From positions 8,369 through 72,368 of the forward strand of contig WRGA01000123.1 in NCBI GenBank assembly GCA_009787405.1: a stretch of 64,000 nt of DNA. The letters run 5' to 3'. The notes beneath the pieces are model-generated. The model was not told the origin of the DNA and ran no database searches. It was given only the letters and a program-made list of their open reading frames with translations. The stretch comes from Candidatus Azobacteroides sp. (lineage in GTDB: Bacteria; Bacteroidota; Bacteroidia; Bacteroidales; WRGA01). The translations under genes and the position numbers were made by a program. This document shows, piece after piece, positions 56,459-64,000 of the stretch; the stretch's first letter is position 1; each line of letters opens with the position of its first letter.

Positions 56459-59302
56459 CTACATTTGGTTCAAAAAACCGGTCAGGCTGTCTTTTCCGGT
56501 CAGGTCGAATTTTTTCCGCAACCGGTAACGCAGTGTTTCGATACCTCTCAGTGAAATATTCAACAACGGCGCTATTTCTTTGGAAGAAAGCTGCATTTTG
56601 ATAAAAGCACACATTTTGCGCTCATTCAATGATAATTCGGGATATTTTTCCGATAACCGCCGCATAAAATTATTGTGTACGAGATCAAAATGTTCTTCAA
56701 ATTTCTTTAAATTATCGTCATGGCGGATATTTTCATCTATTTTGGTATTCAGCCGCAAAATATTTCTTCGCAAAGGCGCCGCTTTTTCAACCGGTTTCAA
56801 ATCTTCCGACAGTTTGGATAAATCGGATTTTATTTCCGTGAGGATTTCGTTTTTTCCGACCAGATTGATGGCAATATTAGCCAATTCCTGACTTTTATGT
56901 TTGATTTCCAGCTCTAAATGTTCGTTTTTCAATTGAATGATTTCCCGGTCTTTTTTCTCCGCTTCTTCTTTGAATGCTTGTTCCTGCATCTGTATTTCGC
57001 GCTGTTTGACCAATTCGATCTGTTTCTTTTTTTTCTTGATGCGAATATCATCCCAACGCCAAACACCGATCAAAAAACATATCAAAAGGATACCGTAGGC
57101 CATGTAAGCCGGAACCGTACGATACCACGGCGGTAAAATCACCAACGTAAAGCTGTCGGTCAGATAAGTCCCGTTTTCCAATAATGCTTCTACATAAAAC
57201 GTGTATTTTCCTTCTTCCAGATTGCTGTATTCTTTCACGGCGGCCGCCGTCGATTCCGACCATTCCTCATCATTCAGGCGGTAACGGTAAACGGCCTGAA
57301 TATGTTTGGAAAAAGACATCAAGCCGTATCGGAACCGGATCGTATTGTTTCTGTATGCAATTTCGGGAATGTATTTTTCGCCGGCGAAATTACTCGAATA
57401 AATCAATGAATCGCCTGTTTTAGAGATGCTTACTTTGTTGATGGACAATGTTTCGTGTAATTGGTTCTGATTATTATACGCCGAATTCCAAAGAGCGAAT
57501 CCGTTTTCGTTGCAAATGATCACTTCCGAGTCATTGATGAACGTCAATCGCTCAAAGTCCGTTATTAACGGTAAGTTATGCCTGTAAAAAACAATCGAAT
57601 CGCCGGTTGTTTTACGAATGGATGTCGGCCCCAAGTACCAGACGGAACAATCTTTTTTAACCACGGTGGTAACATGTAATCCCTGCACATTCAACGTTTT
57701 ATCCGGCTCGAATCCTGCATCGGTATAATCGTAAATGCCCGAAGGAGAACAAAACAACAATTTGTCGTCCACCTTACATAAATAGGAGTCGACGGGCATT
57801 CTGTCGACGGGCGTAAAATGTTTGCTCTGATCGACCTTATCCAATGCCTCATTTACCATGATTCTTAAAATCTCTTCCCGTCCCGTCCGAATCCAGATTT
57901 GTTTGGGAGAGTCTTCCACGTAATTGATTGCGGAGCCCGGATAACCGTACACGTAACTTTGTTTTTCCCAGTTTCCGTTTATTTTCCGGAAAACATAAAA
58001 ACCGTCGTAGGTGGAAGCCCAAATTTTCGTCGAATCTCCGAGCAACTGCCGTACGCTCCAAACACCTGTTTTCCGGTCGACCGGATACAATTTCGTTTCT
58101 TTGATCAAGAAAAGGCCTTTGTCAGCCGAACAAAACAAATCGTTTCCGACCTGATCAATGCTCCAAATCTGTCCTTGCGAACCTTCAATCAATTCCAACC
58201 GGGTCGGAGCATCCGTCACGGGCATCGGCCATTTTGTGTAAAACAATCCGCGGTTGGTGGCAAAATAGAGTTTATTGTGATGTAAAATCGCACCGTATCC
58301 CGCGCCGTAAAAATTTTGACTGCTGTACAAATTCGTCAACGGACTGTTAAGCATAATGTAACTGATTCCGTTATCCAATCCCAACCATACGTTTTCATCT
58401 TTATCGAACAAGATCCCCAGCACCGTATTATTTTGCAATCCGTTCGATTCGTTGATATATTTAACCGCTTTTCCTTCATAATCGACCAGCACAAGCCCCT
58501 TGAGCACGGTTCCGATCGCCAGGTGATTTTTGCCGGCGGCCATGGAAAACACTTCGTTTTTACCGATAAAATCATCGATGTCTGTTTTAAACCGTACCAC
58601 TTCTTTTTCGTCGATCAAAAACAGCCCTTCCGAAGCCGTCGCCACCAACATTTTATCATTGAAAGGCAGAATGCTTCTGATTTTTTTATTTTTAAAATAC
58701 TCGGAATGAGGAAGAAAATAGAATTTTTCGCCGACCGATGCATAAATTCCGGAGGCTGTTCCGAGATAAAGAACACCATGAATGATGCACGACGATTGTA
58801 CTTTTTCGGGTGTTTTCACAATCGTATGTTTTCCGTCTGCATATTTAATGAATACATTATCCGCAACGAAATAAAGCGTTTCGTCTATACGAAAGATTCG
58901 CCAGATATTTCCGAAAAAAAGTTGTTCCCGGTATAAACTGTCGGACATGCATATATAGCGCATCTTGCCGTTTTTTTCGGGTTTCAGATAGCCGAATTCA
59001 TTCAATCCGCCCAAATAAATACGGTCGTTCGAACATTCGATGGCGCGTACATCCGACCGGTTATTCAATGTGTACAGATTCCAATCGTTTCCGTTAAATT
59101 CCAGAACTCCCGATTTATTGGCAAAATACATCCAATTGTTGTTTTGTTGAATGATCTGCCAATTTTGGCTTCCGGCATTATAATCGCTTCGGGAATAGTT
59201 GTAGAGAAGATTAGTCCAGTTGGCGTATGCGGTGTCTGCCGCAAACAACAGGATACAATATAAACAGGAGTTGATTATGTAAAACAACAACTTTCCTTTC
59301 AT
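56459..59302 (-). CDS. Transmembrane one-component regulator: periplasmic beta-propeller/Y_Y_Y sensor plus a cytoplasmic LuxR-type HTH
   Basis: The start is trimmed from a TTG at 59323 to the ATG of MKGKLLFYIINSCLYCILLFAADTAYA. The long propeller-like repeat region is followed by a Y_Y_Y-like segment (YRYRLNDEEWSES..GKYTFYVEA). It has a TM helix (AYMAYGILLICFLIGVW), a coiled coil and a C-terminal LSLNERKMCAFIKMQLSSKEIAPLLNISLRGIETLRYRLRKKF. No His-kinase or receiver motifs were seen. Confidence 0.8.
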   Translation of the reverse strand: MKGKLLFYIINSCLYCILLFAADTAYANWTNLLYNYSRSDYNAGSQNWQIIQQNNNWMYFANKSGVLEFNGNDWNLYTLNNRSDVRAIECSNDRIYLGGLNEFGYLKPEKNGKMRYICMSDSLYREQLFFGNIWRIFRIDETLYFVADNVFIKYADGKHTIVKTPEKVQSSCIIHGVLYLGTASGIYASVGEKFYFLPHSEYFKNKKIRSILPFNDKMLVATASEGLFLIDEKEVVRFKTDIDDFIGKNEVFSMAAGKNHLAIGTVLKGLVLVDYEGKAVKYINESNGLQNNTVLGILFDKDENVWLGLDNGISYIMLNSPLTNLYSSQNFYGAGYGAILHHNKLYFATNRGLFYTKWPMPVTDAPTRLELIEGSQGQIWSIDQVGNDLFCSADKGLFLIKETKLYPVDRKTGVWSVRQLLGDSTKIWASTYDGFYVFRKINGNWEKQSYVYGYPGSAINYVEDSPKQIWIRTGREEILRIMVNEALDKVDQSKHFTPVDRMPVDSYLCKVDDKLLFCSPSGIYDYTDAGFEPDKTLNVQGLHVTTVVKKDCSVWYLGPTSIRKTTGDSIVFYRHNLPLITDFERLTFINDSEVIICNENGFALWNSAYNNQNQLHETLSINKVSISKTGDSLIYSSNFAGEKYIPEIAYRNNTIRFRYGLMSFSKHIQAVYRYRLNDEEWSESTAAAVKEYSNLEEGKYTFYVEALLENGTYLTDSFTLVILPPWYRTVPAYMAYGILLICFLIGVWRWDDIRIKKKKKQIELVKQREIQMQEQAFKEEAEKKDREIIQLKNEHLELEIKHKSQELANIAINLVGKNEILTEIKSDLSKLSEDLKPVEKAAPLRRNILRLNTKIDENIRHDDNLKKFEEHFDLVHNNFMRRLSEKYPELSLNERKMCAFIKMQLSSKEIAPLLNISLRGIETLRYRLRKKFDLTGKDSLTGFLNQM

Positions 59303-59334
59303 AGTATCAGGGTATAAACCCAAATGGGATCATT

Positions 59335-59395
59335 TGTAAAAGTTGTGTGATATGAAAAAGCGATATGCGCCTTTTCATATCATACAACTTTTGCG
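59335..59395. repeat. GTAAAAGTTGTG-base hairpin, copy 2
   Basis: tgtaaaagttgtgtgatatgaaaaag (59335-59360) pairs with cttttcatatcatacaacttttgcg (59371-59395) around a 10-nt loop. CCCAAATG flanks it on both sides. Confidence 0.7.
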
Positions 59396-59464
59396 GGCGA
59401 ACTCCCAAATGTATGAAGATAAAAAACAGGGAATTTTTGGTTAAAAAGTAAAAGGTAAAAAGCG

Positions 59465-59604
59465 TAAGGATGTCACAAAAAACAATTTATATTTTAAACG
59501 CCAAGTCGCAAAGACGGAAAGGCGCAAGTTTAAATTCTTTGCGACTTGGTGTCTTTGCATCTTCGCGGTTGAAATAATAGATATTAAATTCTGCCATGTT
59601 GCTT
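59465..59604 (+). repeat. Rep-135 copy E, nested between inverted GTAAAAG-type heptamer arms
   Basis: TAAGGATGTCACAAAAAACAATTTATATTTTAAACGCCAAGTCGCAAAGACGGAAAGGCGCAAGTTTAAATTCTTTGCGACTTGGTGTCTTTGCATCTTCGCGGTTGAAATAATAGATATTAAATTCTGCC. The flanking arms are ggttaaaaagtaaaaggtaaaaag (59441-59464) and ctttttactttttcagccttttttacttt (about 59609-59637). Confidence 0.85.
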
Positions 59605-59647
59605 GCCTCTTTTTACTTTTTCAGCCTTTTTTACTTTCTACATCCGA

Positions 59648-60340
59648 TTACCTCTTTTTTCCCGTCAATGTAGCTTGATAATAATTTGATTTGTCAAGAT
59701 CATTGGCCGATAATTTTCCGAACACGCTCACATCCACGCCGTTTTTCTTGTTGATCGTAATGTTTTTAATGTATTGATAAGAATATTTCGAATCGTCTTT
59801 GTATTTTGCCATCGCGTCTTTCACGATTTGGCACAAGATATCGGGTGTAAGAGGCGTTAAGTCGAACATTTCATTTTCGAGACGGAAATTTTCGGCATTT
59901 CCGCCGATGAGTTGCACCGTTTTAACAGATCCTTCGTCCCAATCTTTGTTTCCCGAATAATAATTTACGTTGTATAATTTTTTCTTGTCTTCGGGATACA
60001 AATACGTGATATCCAAATTCAGATTATCCGGTTCGTCTTTTCGGATGATCGTACCTTCCGAAGACGGGCGTCTGACACTGATGTAAATTTTATCCACAGC
60101 CTTCGCGTTGTCTCCGAGTTTCGTAAGAATCATGCCGTAAACTTTTTTCAAATCGGCTTCGTTACTCAACATCTTGTAATCGATCTCTTTCGGAAAAGGA
60201 ACGCTTACATTTTCTTTTTTTTCACCATCTTTACCATCATTACCATCAGCATTTCGGGTTTGCCCGGCATCTCCGCTTTTTCCTGTGCAAGCGCCGAGTA
60301 ATACCGATACTGAAAACAAAGCAACAAAAATCTTCTTCAT
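59648..60340 (-). CDS. Hypothetical lipoprotein
   Basis: The start is trimmed to MKKIFVALFSVSVLLGACTGKS, which carries a lipobox. No family was recognised. Confidence 0.5.
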   Translation of the reverse strand: MKKIFVALFSVSVLLGACTGKSGDAGQTRNADGNDGKDGEKKENVSVPFPKEIDYKMLSNEADLKKVYGMILTKLGDNAKAVDKIYISVRRPSSEGTIIRKDEPDNLNLDITYLYPEDKKKLYNVNYYSGNKDWDEGSVKTVQLIGGNAENFRLENEMFDLTPLTPDILCQIVKDAMAKYKDDSKYSYQYIKNITINKKNGVDVSVFGKLSANDLDKSNYYQATLTGKKR

Positions 60341-60418
60341 GTCAGTTTTTTTTAAGTTAAACAATCATTAATTCTCTCTTTTATCCATTGATTTTCTCCG
60401 AGTTCCGACATCTTGTTG

Positions 60419-60426
60419 CAAATGTA
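60419..60426 (-). promoter_or_regulatory. Candidate -7 promoter box (TAnnTTTG) for the lipoprotein gene
   Basis: The minus strand reads TACATTTG, about 80 nt upstream of the ATG at 60340. Confidence 0.3.
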
Positions 60427-60475
60427 TAAAAAGATTTAATTTTAACTAATGTCTTGATGTGAAATTATCTTAAAT

Positions 60476-60583
60476 AAAAAGGTTATTCCATATTTTAAAC
60501 GCCAAGCCGCAAAAACGGAAAGACGCGAAGGTTAAATTCTTTGTAACTTTGTATCTTCGCGTTTGAAATAACAGTTAATAATT
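60476..60583 (+). repeat. Rep-135 copy F (shortened), ending 6 nt before the folC start codon
   Basis: ..CCATATTTTAAACGCCAAGCCGCAAAAACGGAAAGACGCGAAGGTTAAATTCTTTGTAACTTTGTATCTTCGCGTTTGAAATAACAGTTAATAATTTAT. It lacks the GTCTTTGCA segment. Confidence 0.75.
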
Positions 60584-60589
60584 TATAAA

Positions 60590-61879
60590 ATGAATTACGA
60601 ACAAACGGTCGAATACCTGTACGCTCAACTTCCCGTTTTCCAAAAGACAGGCGGAAGCGCCTATAAAGAAGGCCTTGACAACAGTCTTCAATTAGATGAT
60701 CTGCTCGGGCATCCGCACCGAAAATATAAAACCATCCACGTCGCCGGAACCAACGGAAAAGGTTCTGTTTCTCATTTATCGGCTGCCATCCTGCAAGAAT
60801 CGGGGTACAAAACCGGCTTATACACTTCTCCGCATCTGATCGATTTCAGGGAGCGCATCCGTGTCAACGGGCAAATGATCGACAAAGATTACATCGTCGA
60901 TTTTACGGAAAAAATGAAACCGGCGGTTTCCGATATCCGGCCGTCTTTTTTCGAATTGACCATGATGATGGCGTTTTCGTATTTTGCCGAAATGAACGTG
61001 GAGGTCGCCGTGATCGAAACGGGGCTCGGCGGACGGTTGGACAGTACCAACATTATCCGGCCCGATTTGTCCGTGATCACCAACATCAGTTTAGATCATA
61101 CGCAATTTTTAGGCCGGACATTACCTGAAATAGCCGGTGAAAAAGCAGGAATTATCAAACCGGATATTCCCGTCATTATCGGAGAAGCAAAAAATATGGA
61201 GGTTCGAAAAGTTTTTGAAAAAAAAGCGGAAGAAGTAAAGACCCGCATCTTTTTTGCGGAAGACAAAAAACCGATTCAAGAAACCGGATTCAAAGACGGA
61301 TATCAAATTTTTCAAACCGAAAACTACCCCGATTTGGCATGCGAATTGACCGGTTTTTACCAGCAGGAAAATGCCGGCACGGTTTTAACGATTGTGAATC
61401 TGTTGAAAGAATTGAACTACCGGATTCCCGATCAGGCTGTTTATTCGGGATTTAAAAATGTCCGGTCATTGACGGGACTTTCGGGCCGTTGGCAAATTTT
61501 ACAAACCAATCCCAAAATCATTTGCGACACAGGACACAATGAAGCCGGCATCAGCCGGATCATCGAGCAGCTGAAAACGGAAAAATACAAAGTATTACGA
61601 ATTGTTTTCGGAATGGTCAATGACAAAGACATTTCGAATGTTATGGCCTTATTGCCGAAGGATGCCGTTTATTACTTCACCAAGGCATCCGTCCCGCGTG
61701 CATTGGATGAAAAAGAATTGCAATTGAAAGCCGCCCCGGAAAATTTGAAGGGAAAAACTTATCCTTCGGTGAAAGAAGCTGTGGATGCCGCCAAATTCGA
61801 TGCCGCCAAAAACGACCTGATCTTTATCGGCGGCAGCACATTCATCGTTGCAGATGCATTATGTTTATTCAACGACTAA
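60590..61879 (+). CDS. folC: Bifunctional folylpolyglutamate synthase / dihydrofolate synthase
   Basis: 429 aa with the Mur-ligase-type P-loop HVAGTNGKGS, plus TSPHL, ETGLGGRLD and GIIK. Confidence 0.9.
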   Translation: MNYEQTVEYLYAQLPVFQKTGGSAYKEGLDNSLQLDDLLGHPHRKYKTIHVAGTNGKGSVSHLSAAILQESGYKTGLYTSPHLIDFRERIRVNGQMIDKDYIVDFTEKMKPAVSDIRPSFFELTMMMAFSYFAEMNVEVAVIETGLGGRLDSTNIIRPDLSVITNISLDHTQFLGRTLPEIAGEKAGIIKPDIPVIIGEAKNMEVRKVFEKKAEEVKTRIFFAEDKKPIQETGFKDGYQIFQTENYPDLACELTGFYQQENAGTVLTIVNLLKELNYRIPDQAVYSGFKNVRSLTGLSGRWQILQTNPKIICDTGHNEAGISRIIEQLKTEKYKVLRIVFGMVNDKDISNVMALLPKDAVYYFTKASVPRALDEKELQLKAAPENLKGKTYPSVKEAVDAAKFDAAKNDLIFIGGSTFIVADALCLFND

Positions 61880-61950
61880 TAACCCCTGAATAAACGATGA
61901 CCTGCAGATTTTTTATATCCACAAAATTTTGGATAGTTCCAAAAAAATTT

Positions 61951-62166
61951 TTATGCCTTTATTTTTTCCAATAATTCTTCGTAATTATTTCTCACAATTT
62001 TTGTGTCGGGATGTTCCGCTCTGAGAACTTTTTCGCAGATTTTTAATGCTTTTTTGTAATACTCCAAAGCTTTTTTATGGTCACCTTGTTTTTTGTAAAC
62101 TACTACAATATTATTGTAGATTGTTTGAAAATTACAAATCGTTTGCTGCGTTATTTCGGCAGACAA
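61951..62166 (-). pseudogene. Isolated TPR-repeat fragment (probable gene remnant)
   Basis: The 71-aa ORF starts at a TTG. YNNIVVVYKKQGDHKKALEYYKKALKICEKVLRAEHPDT is a TPR_12-like unit that normally occurs at the C-terminus of much larger proteins. The flanks are AT-rich. Confidence 0.4.
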
Positions 62167-62232
62167 AGTCGGACAAGCGTGAAATAACTCTCATAGAAAG
62201 AGTGACTGTACTAACTAAGAAACAATGATTTT

Positions 62233-63996
62233 TTATCCCTTCATCTTTTCGTCAATGGCTTCTATCTTACCGACAATCAATTCCAGCTCTTCTTTCAACT
62301 TCTCGATTTTACGTTCCATTTCTTTCAGAAGAGTTCCCGCATTTTTAGAGGATGCAGACAAAAAACCGATATTATTTTCGTATGTTTGAATTTCATTTTT
62401 CAGAATTTCATACATTTTGTACAATTTATCGCGTTCTCTGAACAATCTGTTTTTATTCGAATCGGAAATGTCTTTCAACGAATCTTTGAAAGAAGAAAGT
62501 TTCCGGGTATTGCGATCCACATTCAACCGGTCAAATTGCCGGTCAAGTTCGGCATGATACTCTTTATAAATCTTGTCTTTTTCTTTGAATGGGACATGTC
62601 CGACTTCGCTGAACTCTTTCGCCAACGTCCGCAGCGATTGCAACGTCGTCTCGCTGTCGGTTGCCGGGTCTAATTGTCGGATTTTTTCGATAATTTCTTT
62701 TTTGCGGTTCAAATTTTCGTTTTCATGCGATTTTTCCGACGAGGTATGTTTGTTCTTTTGTTCGAAAAAATAATCGCACGCTCCGATAAAACGCAGCCAC
62801 AACGCTTCCGAATATTTTTTCGGAACAGCTCCGATGGCTTTCCATTCTTTTTGCAAAGCGATCAAGGCATCTGTCGTCGATTTCCAGTCGGTACTGTCTT
62901 TCAACGCTTTCGCCTTTTCACACAACTCTTTTTTCTTTTCGTAATTGGCGGACAAATCGCTTTTTACATTTTTGTAAAATTCTCCTTTTTCATGGAAAAA
63001 TTTATCGCATACCGTTCTAAATCGTTCGAATATTTTCTCGTTGACTTTTTTCGGGGCAAAACCGATGGTTTTCCATTTGGCCTGACAATCCAATACCACT
63101 TGTGTTTTCTCGTTCCAGTCCTTAAAGGTATTCAACAAACTGGTGTCAACGGCTTCCACCGCCTCACAAAGAGCCGTCTTTTCTTTCAGGTTCTTGTTTT
63201 CCTCTTCCCGCAACTTTTCAAAATGCTCTTGATGCCTTTTGTTAATAACCGTTGAGGCCGCTTTGAAACGATTCCATATTTCTTCGCGTTGCTCACGGGC
63301 AACCGGGCCTATTTCGCGCCATTGCTGATGTAAATTCTGCAGCCGGTGAAAAGCGGAAATGACATCCGGTTCTTTGTCCAACTTTTCGGCAGCTTCGCAT
63401 AAAGCCGTCTTGGCTTCCATGTTCTTTTTGAAATCGTAATCCCGAAATTCGTTGTTTATTTTTACCAGATCATAGAATTTTTCGACTTGCATTTGATAGC
63501 CATGCCATACTTCATTGACTTTTATCTGAGGGATGAGCGTAATTTCATTCCATTCTTGTTGGATTTTTTTAAATTCGTTATAAGCTTTATTGATATCTCC
63601 GGAAGATTCTGTCAGATTTTTGATTTCTTCAATTAGTTGTTCTTTGCGTTTCAGATTTTCTTCTTTCACTTTTTCCTGATGCTCAAGAAACTGCGTCCGT
63701 TTTTCTTTGAAAACATTCAACAACTTTTTTAATTCCGTCTCCAATTTGTCGTCTCCGGACACAAAGTCTTTCTCTTCTCCTCCGTTTTCAACAAACTGTT
63801 TCTTTTGTTCTTCGATCTCGACCTTCCGAAGCTTATAAAAAGTACGCTTTAATAAATCAACCTCATCTTTGACCTCTTCGGGAGCTTTTTGCACGATGAG
63901 TTTCAATTTGTCGATCACCGACTCTTTGGTCAATTTATCGTCGTCTTTTTTTGTTCCTGCGGGAATCTCGATTTTTTGAATAACAACCTCCGGCAT
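62233..63996 (-). CDS. DUF349 repeat protein (the N-terminus may extend beyond the right edge)
   Basis: At least 587 aa with repeated units of ~75 aa containing W..IG....E.LW.RF....D.FF (for example QQWREIGPVAREQREEIWNRFKAA and KEWKAIGAVPKKYSEALWLRFIGACDYFF). The frame is still open at position 64000. Confidence 0.7.
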   Translation of the reverse strand: MPEVVIQKIEIPAGTKKDDDKLTKESVIDKLKLIVQKAPEEVKDEVDLLKRTFYKLRKVEIEEQKKQFVENGGEEKDFVSGDDKLETELKKLLNVFKEKRTQFLEHQEKVKEENLKRKEQLIEEIKNLTESSGDINKAYNEFKKIQQEWNEITLIPQIKVNEVWHGYQMQVEKFYDLVKINNEFRDYDFKKNMEAKTALCEAAEKLDKEPDVISAFHRLQNLHQQWREIGPVAREQREEIWNRFKAASTVINKRHQEHFEKLREEENKNLKEKTALCEAVEAVDTSLLNTFKDWNEKTQVVLDCQAKWKTIGFAPKKVNEKIFERFRTVCDKFFHEKGEFYKNVKSDLSANYEKKKELCEKAKALKDSTDWKSTTDALIALQKEWKAIGAVPKKYSEALWLRFIGACDYFFEQKNKHTSSEKSHENENLNRKKEIIEKIRQLDPATDSETTLQSLRTLAKEFSEVGHVPFKEKDKIYKEYHAELDRQFDRLNVDRNTRKLSSFKDSLKDISDSNKNRLFRERDKLYKMYEILKNEIQTYENNIGFLSASSKNAGTLLKEMERKIEKLKEELELIVGKIEAIDEKMKG

Positions 63997-64000
63997 TTCG

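Noticed and set aside
1-64000. Scan by eye for tRNA, rRNA, tmRNA, RNase P, SRP RNA, integrases, transposases and cas genes
   Set aside because: No T-loop-type GGTTCGAATCC strings in a tRNA context, no conserved RNase P, SRP or tmRNA blocks, and no recombinase-like ORFs were seen. Absence judged by eye is weak evidence, and tRNAscan/Infernal should be run.

Overview
This 64-kb window looks like a chromosomal segment of a Bacteroidota genome, probably Bacteroidales-like and carrying a type IX secretion system (T9SS). That placement rests on gene content only: SusC/SusD, T9SS C-terminal sorting domains, an 11-subunit-type NDH-1 lacking nuoEFG, a BamD-omega-DUF4293 block, and TAnnTTTG-type promoter boxes. 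Gene order from left to right: (1) typA, which runs off the left edge. (2) A divergent pair of a serine-palmitoyltransferase-like alpha-oxoamine synthase and a DAGK/LCB5-type lipid kinase. (3) A zinc-ribbon membrane protein. (4) The NDH-1 operon nuoA-B-CD-H-I-J-K-L on the minus strand, with no nuoM or nuoN downstream. (5) A visibly AT-rich, repeat-bounded island of about 2.4 kb with a 2-TM protein, a SPASM-less radical SAM enzyme and a 40-codon ORF; this is my top candidate for an undescribed system. (6) An RRM RNA-binding protein, a dipeptide epimerase, bamD-rpoZ-DUF4293, small outer-membrane and lipoprotein genes, a LysM protein, rlmH, yggS and DUF4494. (7) The dcw cluster from mraZ to ftsW, which stops early, with a GTGGG-N5 x3 MraZ-type operator upstream. 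(8) A roughly 23-kb polysaccharide utilisation locus (PUL) with a Y_Y_Y/LuxR regulator, SusC/SusD, three GH30 paralogues and a tandem array of T9SS-tailed proteins that includes two repeat-truncated pseudogenes. (9) folC, a TPR gene fragment and a DUF349 protein. Almost every long intergenic gap holds one of several hairpin or MITE-like repeat families, and every copy whose orientation I could determine points the same way. I recognised no rRNA, tRNA, CRISPR/cas, integrase or transposase. All calls come from reading the sequence and the ORF track. No searches, GC calculations or folding computations were run, so family assignments are from memory and the repeat names are ad hoc.
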